A DNA stretch of 44,874 nt from Planctomycetales bacterium 4484_113. GTDB lineage: Bacteria; 4484-113. How positions within the stretch are numbered: position 1 is the first letter of the stretch; each line of letters opens with the position of its first letter. The notes below the pieces were generated by a model. It saw only the letters and a program-made list of their open reading frames with translations, made no database searches and was not told the origin of the DNA. The position numbers were made by a program, and so were the translations under genes. Of this stretch, positions 40,528 to 44,874 are shown piece by piece. The stretch spans positions 1 to 44,874 of the forward strand of contig MVCR01000005.1 of assembly GCA_002050035.1 (NCBI GenBank). The letters are read 5' to 3'.

Positions 40528-41937
40528 TTGAAGGTTCTGGTCATTGGTAACGGCGGACGTGAATGCGCCATCGCCAATACTCTGCTGGTTTCGCCTAAGG
40601 TTACGCGTCTCTATATCACGCCGGAGAATTACGGCGTCTGGGACCCGTTCGGGCGCGGTCGTGTATATCTGAAGAGCATCCCGGCGACCGATATAGATGC
40701 TCTCCCGCGCTTCGCCAGTCAGGAGGAAGTGAATCTCACAGTGGTCGGGCCAGAGGCTCCGCTGGCGGCGGGCATTGTGGACAGGTTCCGCAACCAGGGC
40801 TTGCGCATTGTAGGACCGGATCGCGAAGCCGCCCAGCTCGAAGCCAGCAAGAGTTTCGCCAAGAGATTCTGCCAGCGCTATGGCATACCAACGGGCAAAG
40901 CCGAGCTGTTTTCCGACTATGAGAAGGCGGTGGCGTACCTGAAAAACACCGACTATCCCACAGTGATCAAGGCGGATGGACTCGCCGCGGGCAAAGGGGT
41001 CATCGTGTGCAAGGACTTTGAGCACGCGCAGGAAGCGCTCGACCGGCTGATGATCAAAGACGTTTTCAAAGGCGCCGGCAAGCACGTGCTAGTAGAGGAG
41101 TACCTGGAAGGGCATGAGATCTCATTCTTCTGCTTCTTTGACGGGCGAGAAGCCGTGATGATACCGCCAGTATCTGACTACAAGCAGCTCAAAGATGGAG
41201 GCGAGGGGCCCAACACAGGCGGAATGGGCTGCATGGCGCCAACCCCTTATGCGACCCCTGAGGTCGTTGAGGAGTGGAAAACACATATCCTGACGCCATT
41301 CATCGCTGGCTGCCAGAGCGAGGGATTCGACTACCGCGGCGTCATCTACTTCGGCACGATCGTGACCGAAGACGGGCTCAAGCTGCTGGAGTTCAATGTG
41401 CGCATGGGGGACCCGGAGGCGCAGGCAACGATGCCGCTGCTGACGGGCGATCTGATGGACATCATGGTCGCGATGGAGAGCGGCACGCTGAACCGGATTG
41501 AATCCGCTTTCAGTGATGAAGCTACAGTCACAGTGGTTGTGGCGTCCAAGAACTACCCCTACGGCAAGTCAGCACCGGCGCGAATCGAGGGATTAGAGCG
41601 GGTATCGCAGTTCTACAAGCTGCGCGAGGAATTCACCGACGGCACCATCTACCGCCGACTGCCGGCGGTGAATGTTTTCTTTGCCGGGGTCAGCAAGGGC
41701 AGCAGTTTCGTGCCCGTGGAGGAAGCCGAGGATGAAAGCGATATCGGTCGGGATGTCGCGCGCACTTTGCGGCGAGGGGAGGAACGAGCGGAGTTTTTCG
41801 CCACCGGCGGTCGCGTGCTTAGCATCACGGCCCGAGGCGACAACCTATCCGCTGCCCGTAAGCTCGCCTACGAAGTCGTCGGCAACATCCACTTCGACGG
41901 TATGCACTACCGCACCGACATCGCCAAGCTGGAGTAG
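40528..41937 (+). CDS. purD: Phosphoribosylamine--glycine ligase
   Basis: KVLVIGNGGRE, VVGPEAPL, LEASK, IKADGLAAGKGV, GPNTGGMG, EFNVRMGDPE, GGRVL, YRTDI. AGGAGG SD. Confidence 0.97.
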   Translation: MKVLVIGNGGRECAIANTLLVSPKVTRLYITPENYGVWDPFGRGRVYLKSIPATDIDALPRFASQEEVNLTVVGPEAPLAAGIVDRFRNQGLRIVGPDREAAQLEASKSFAKRFCQRYGIPTGKAELFSDYEKAVAYLKNTDYPTVIKADGLAAGKGVIVCKDFEHAQEALDRLMIKDVFKGAGKHVLVEEYLEGHEISFFCFFDGREAVMIPPVSDYKQLKDGGEGPNTGGMGCMAPTPYATPEVVEEWKTHILTPFIAGCQSEGFDYRGVIYFGTIVTEDGLKLLEFNVRMGDPEAQATMPLLTGDLMDIMVAMESGTLNRIESAFSDEATVTVVVASKNYPYGKSAPARIEGLERVSQFYKLREEFTDGTIYRRLPAVNVFFAGVSKGSSFVPVEEAEDESDIGRDVARTLRRGEERAEFFATGGRVLSITARGDNLSAARKLAYEVVGNIHFDGMHYRTDIAKLE

Positions 41938-41942
41938 GAAGC

Positions 41943-44874
41943 TTGGATAGGTTATTCAACAAGCTGGACGCGGTGTTGGACGAAGCGCCACTTCTCACCA
42001 AGAAGATCCATGATGCAGCGCGCAGAGCCGCAAACGAGGCGGAATTCCGCAGGCCGATCCTCAATGCCCTCGAAGAAGTAGCGAAGAAACACGAATTGAA
42101 GTCTGAAGTGCGAGAGGAGCGGTTCATTTTCGATACCGGCAGAACCGACGCGAATTTCTCCCATCTCATCCTGGAGTTCAAGACACCCGGGGTCCTCAAC
42201 AAGCCAGCTCGCGGGTATCATCCTTGACGGGAGGCTGATTGTATTCGTCCGCCACGTCAGGCACGCCGGATGGTTAGCGGAGTCACCCGTAGAAGTAACT
42301 CAGGCATCAGTGGAGAAGCTCTTGCGCATCCTCGCCGCCTCCGCCTACGGCAAAGCCATCTCGCCGGAGAATTTGATAAGCGATTTCGGCGGCGGGAAGG
42401 AGCACGCCAAGCGAATAGGAGCTCTCTTCTACAGCCTAGCTCAGAAGGACCCCAAGACACTCGCAGGCTGCATCTTCAACCAGTGGCGTGAGTTCTTTAG
42501 CGAAAGCTGCGACTATGAGGAGGGCTCAGGCAAGCTAAAGCGAAAAAAGACCCTACAGAAGTTCTGCACTGATATGGGCGTCCCCTACAAAGGCGTGGAT
42601 GTCGAACGACTCATCTTCGCGGTGCACACCTACTACGCCTTCCTCATCAAGCTCATCGCCTACGCGGTCATAGTCTCGAAGAAGACCAACGGCGGGAACC
42701 CGCTTTCTGAAATCCCAATCATGACGACTGTGGAGTTGCGCAGCCATCTTAAGGACCTTGAGGCGGGCGAGCGTTTCACCAGCTACTGGGGAATCCGCAA
42801 CTTCCCTGAAGACCCCTATTTCACATGGTATCTGCACGTCTGGAATGACGCCCTAGCGGATGCAGTGCGCCGTCTCGCCGACACCCTCAGTGAGTACGAC
42901 CCCGCAACATTCCGCGTAAAGCCTGAAGGCGCGCGAGACCTCTTGAAGAAACTGTATCAGTTCCTCATCCCTGGCGACATCCGCCACGACCTTGGCGAAT
43001 ACTACACTCCCGACTGGCTTGCGGAGCTGACGCTCGACCGCGTCGGCTACAAGGGAAAGGCGAAGGAGAGGCTCCTCGACCCTGCCTGCGGTTCCGGCAC
43101 CTTCCTTGTTCTCGCCATCCAGCGAAAGATGCAGTACGGCCGGGAAACCGAGAGAATCAGCGATGAAACCCTCATGAAGTCGATTCTTGAGACCATCAAG
43201 GGGATTGACCTAAATCCGCTCGCGGTTACCGCTGCCCGTGCAAACTACATCTTCGCCATTGACGAGATTCTCCACTACTACCCGAGAGGGCGAGAGATTC
43301 CCATCTATCTCGCCGACTCCATTTACCCTCCGCAGTCCTCAAACGACGTGAGCAATCCGAATGTTCGCCGATTCCACACCGTGGTAGGGGACTTTGAGTT
43401 CCCCATCGCCGTGAGTTCCGAAGCCGGAATGAGCTGGCTCGCGCAGTTCCTGCACGACCACATAGAGAAGGGTTTCGCCTTTGACAGCTTCGTTGAGAAG
43501 CTTAAGCTGAGCAAGAAGTACCTGGACGATGAGCTGTTTGACGATAGCGGCGAGGCAAGCGAAGTGAATGTCGAGATTCTCGAAAGGGTCTACAATCAGC
43601 TCACTGAGCTAAAGAACCAGAAACGAAACAGCATCTGGGCGACCATCATCAAGAACGCTTATATGCCGCTATTCCTCAAGGGATTCGACTTTGTCGCGGG
43701 CAATCCCCCGTGGGTGAACTGGGAAAGCCTGCCGGATGGCTACCGGAAGGAAACCATGCATCTCTGGGCGGACTGCGGGCTCTGGCGGCTCAAGAAAAAG
43801 GGCGGGATGGAAACCATCCTCGGCAAGAGCAAGCGCGACCTCTCCACGCTGATGCTCTATGAGTCAATGCGGCGCTATCTGAAGGATGGCGGACGCCTTG
43901 GCTTTGTCATCACGCAGTCCGTCTTTAAGACCGGTGCGGCGCAAGGATTCCGTCATTTCAGGATTCTGACTGACCACCGCTCCAAGGAGATCCCGGTGCG
44001 CGTCGAATCTGCCGATGACTTCACCGACTTCCAGCCCTTCGAGGGAGCGACGAATCGGTCGGCGATGATTGTGCTGCGAAGGGGATTGCCCACAACCTAT
44101 CCGATGAAGCGCTACACCGTATGGCAGAAGCTTCCTGGGAAGAGCCTGCGTGCGGAGCTGAATCTCACCCTAGAAGAGGTCAAGAAGCTCACGCGCCGGC
44201 TTCCTTATCACGCCAAGCCAGTTGACGCGAAGGACAAGACCTCCTCGTGGATTACCGCCCGCGAAAAGGCGCTGGACGCGCTGAAGAAGGTGCTCGGGAA
44301 GTCGGACTATCAGGCTCGTGAGGGAGTCAATACTGGCGGCGCAAACGCCGTTTACTGGCTGAAGGATGTTGAGCCTGTGGGGAAAGACCCGCATACGGGA
44401 AAGCAGCTCATTCGCGCACTCAACCTAACCGAAGGTCAGAAGAGCGGGATTCGTCAGATTCACGAGCCGTTTCTACTGGAAGAAGAGCTGGTTTATCCGC
44501 TTCTGCGCGGGCGCGATGTCCAGAGGTGGCGTGCAAAGCCCTCCGCGTGGATTCTGATGGTCCAGGACCCAAAGGCACGACGGGGAATTGAAGTGCTGAA
44601 GATGCAGAGAGAGTATCCCCACGCCTGGAGCTACTTAAAGAGATTTGAGGATGAACTTCGGGAGCGTGCCGCGTTCAAGAGATACTTCACGCGGAAGGAT
44701 AAGAACTCGCGCAAGGCGGTTGAAACCGGCCCCTTCTACTCGATGTTGCATTCAACCCCAGAAAGCTCCTCCATCGGCAACTGGCGGAGCTATCGGAGAA
44801 GGCGCATAAGCTCGCTGACGGTGAGGAATGGCAGGAACTTGCCGAGGTGGAGGAGAAGATAGACCTCCTCGTGG
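41943..44874 (+). pseudogene. Type IIG-like fused restriction endonuclease-methyltransferase, broken at about 42205 and 44747, running off the window end
   Basis: N-terminal PD-(D/E)xK-like GRTDA...ILEFK (41943-42205). Main frame has GEYYTP, LLDPACGSGTF (motif I) and GNPPW (motif IV). A third frame from 44748 gives AFNPRKLLHRQLAELSEKAH...EVEEKIDLLV, typical of the C-terminus of such enzymes. Confidence 0.82.

Noticed and set aside
42180-42230. Programmed ribosomal frameshift or stop read-through joining the R-M fragments (also considered at 15835 and 44747)
   Set aside because: No slippery heptamer or homopolymer tract at the junctions, and family sequence appears to be missing, which recoding would not restore.

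Overview
This is a gene-dense, GC-rich (roughly 60% by eye) bacterial chromosomal segment. Its Terrabacteria-like gene content (gmk-rpoZ-coaBC-priA, ytxH-like, nifJ-type PFOR) suggests a divergent anaerobe. Most of it is core housekeeping: gmk, rpoZ, coaBC, a PrsA-like foldase, priA, alr, an Slt-type lytic transglycosylase, thiolase, secG, yebC-ruvC-ruvA, a DciA-like protein, a RimK-like ligase, PFOR, dnaB and purD. Interspersed are large surface-lipoprotein genes: a PLD-fold + NHL/beta-propeller pair, a ZU5-like/PKD/propeller protein and an M6 metalloprotease with a dockerin. The right end carries a broken Type IIG-like restriction-modification gene. I saw no rRNA, tRNA, CRISPR array, integrase or transposase. 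The most notable signals are: (1) a two-gene lipoprotein operon whose PLD-fold protein has both HKD motifs altered; (2) about eight genes with a -10 box only 5-11 nt before the start codon and no SD, implying leaderless mRNAs; (3) several intact genes lacking canonical catalytic residues (CoaC Cys->Ser, phosphoglycosyl transferase Asp->Asn, PriA helicase motifs); (4) three abrupt frame-shifting junctions with apparently missing sequence, which may be real deletions or collapsed assembly gaps; (5) a Rex/CRP-like palindrome and a small ORF in the PFOR leader. All family calls come from motif recognition by eye, not database searches.
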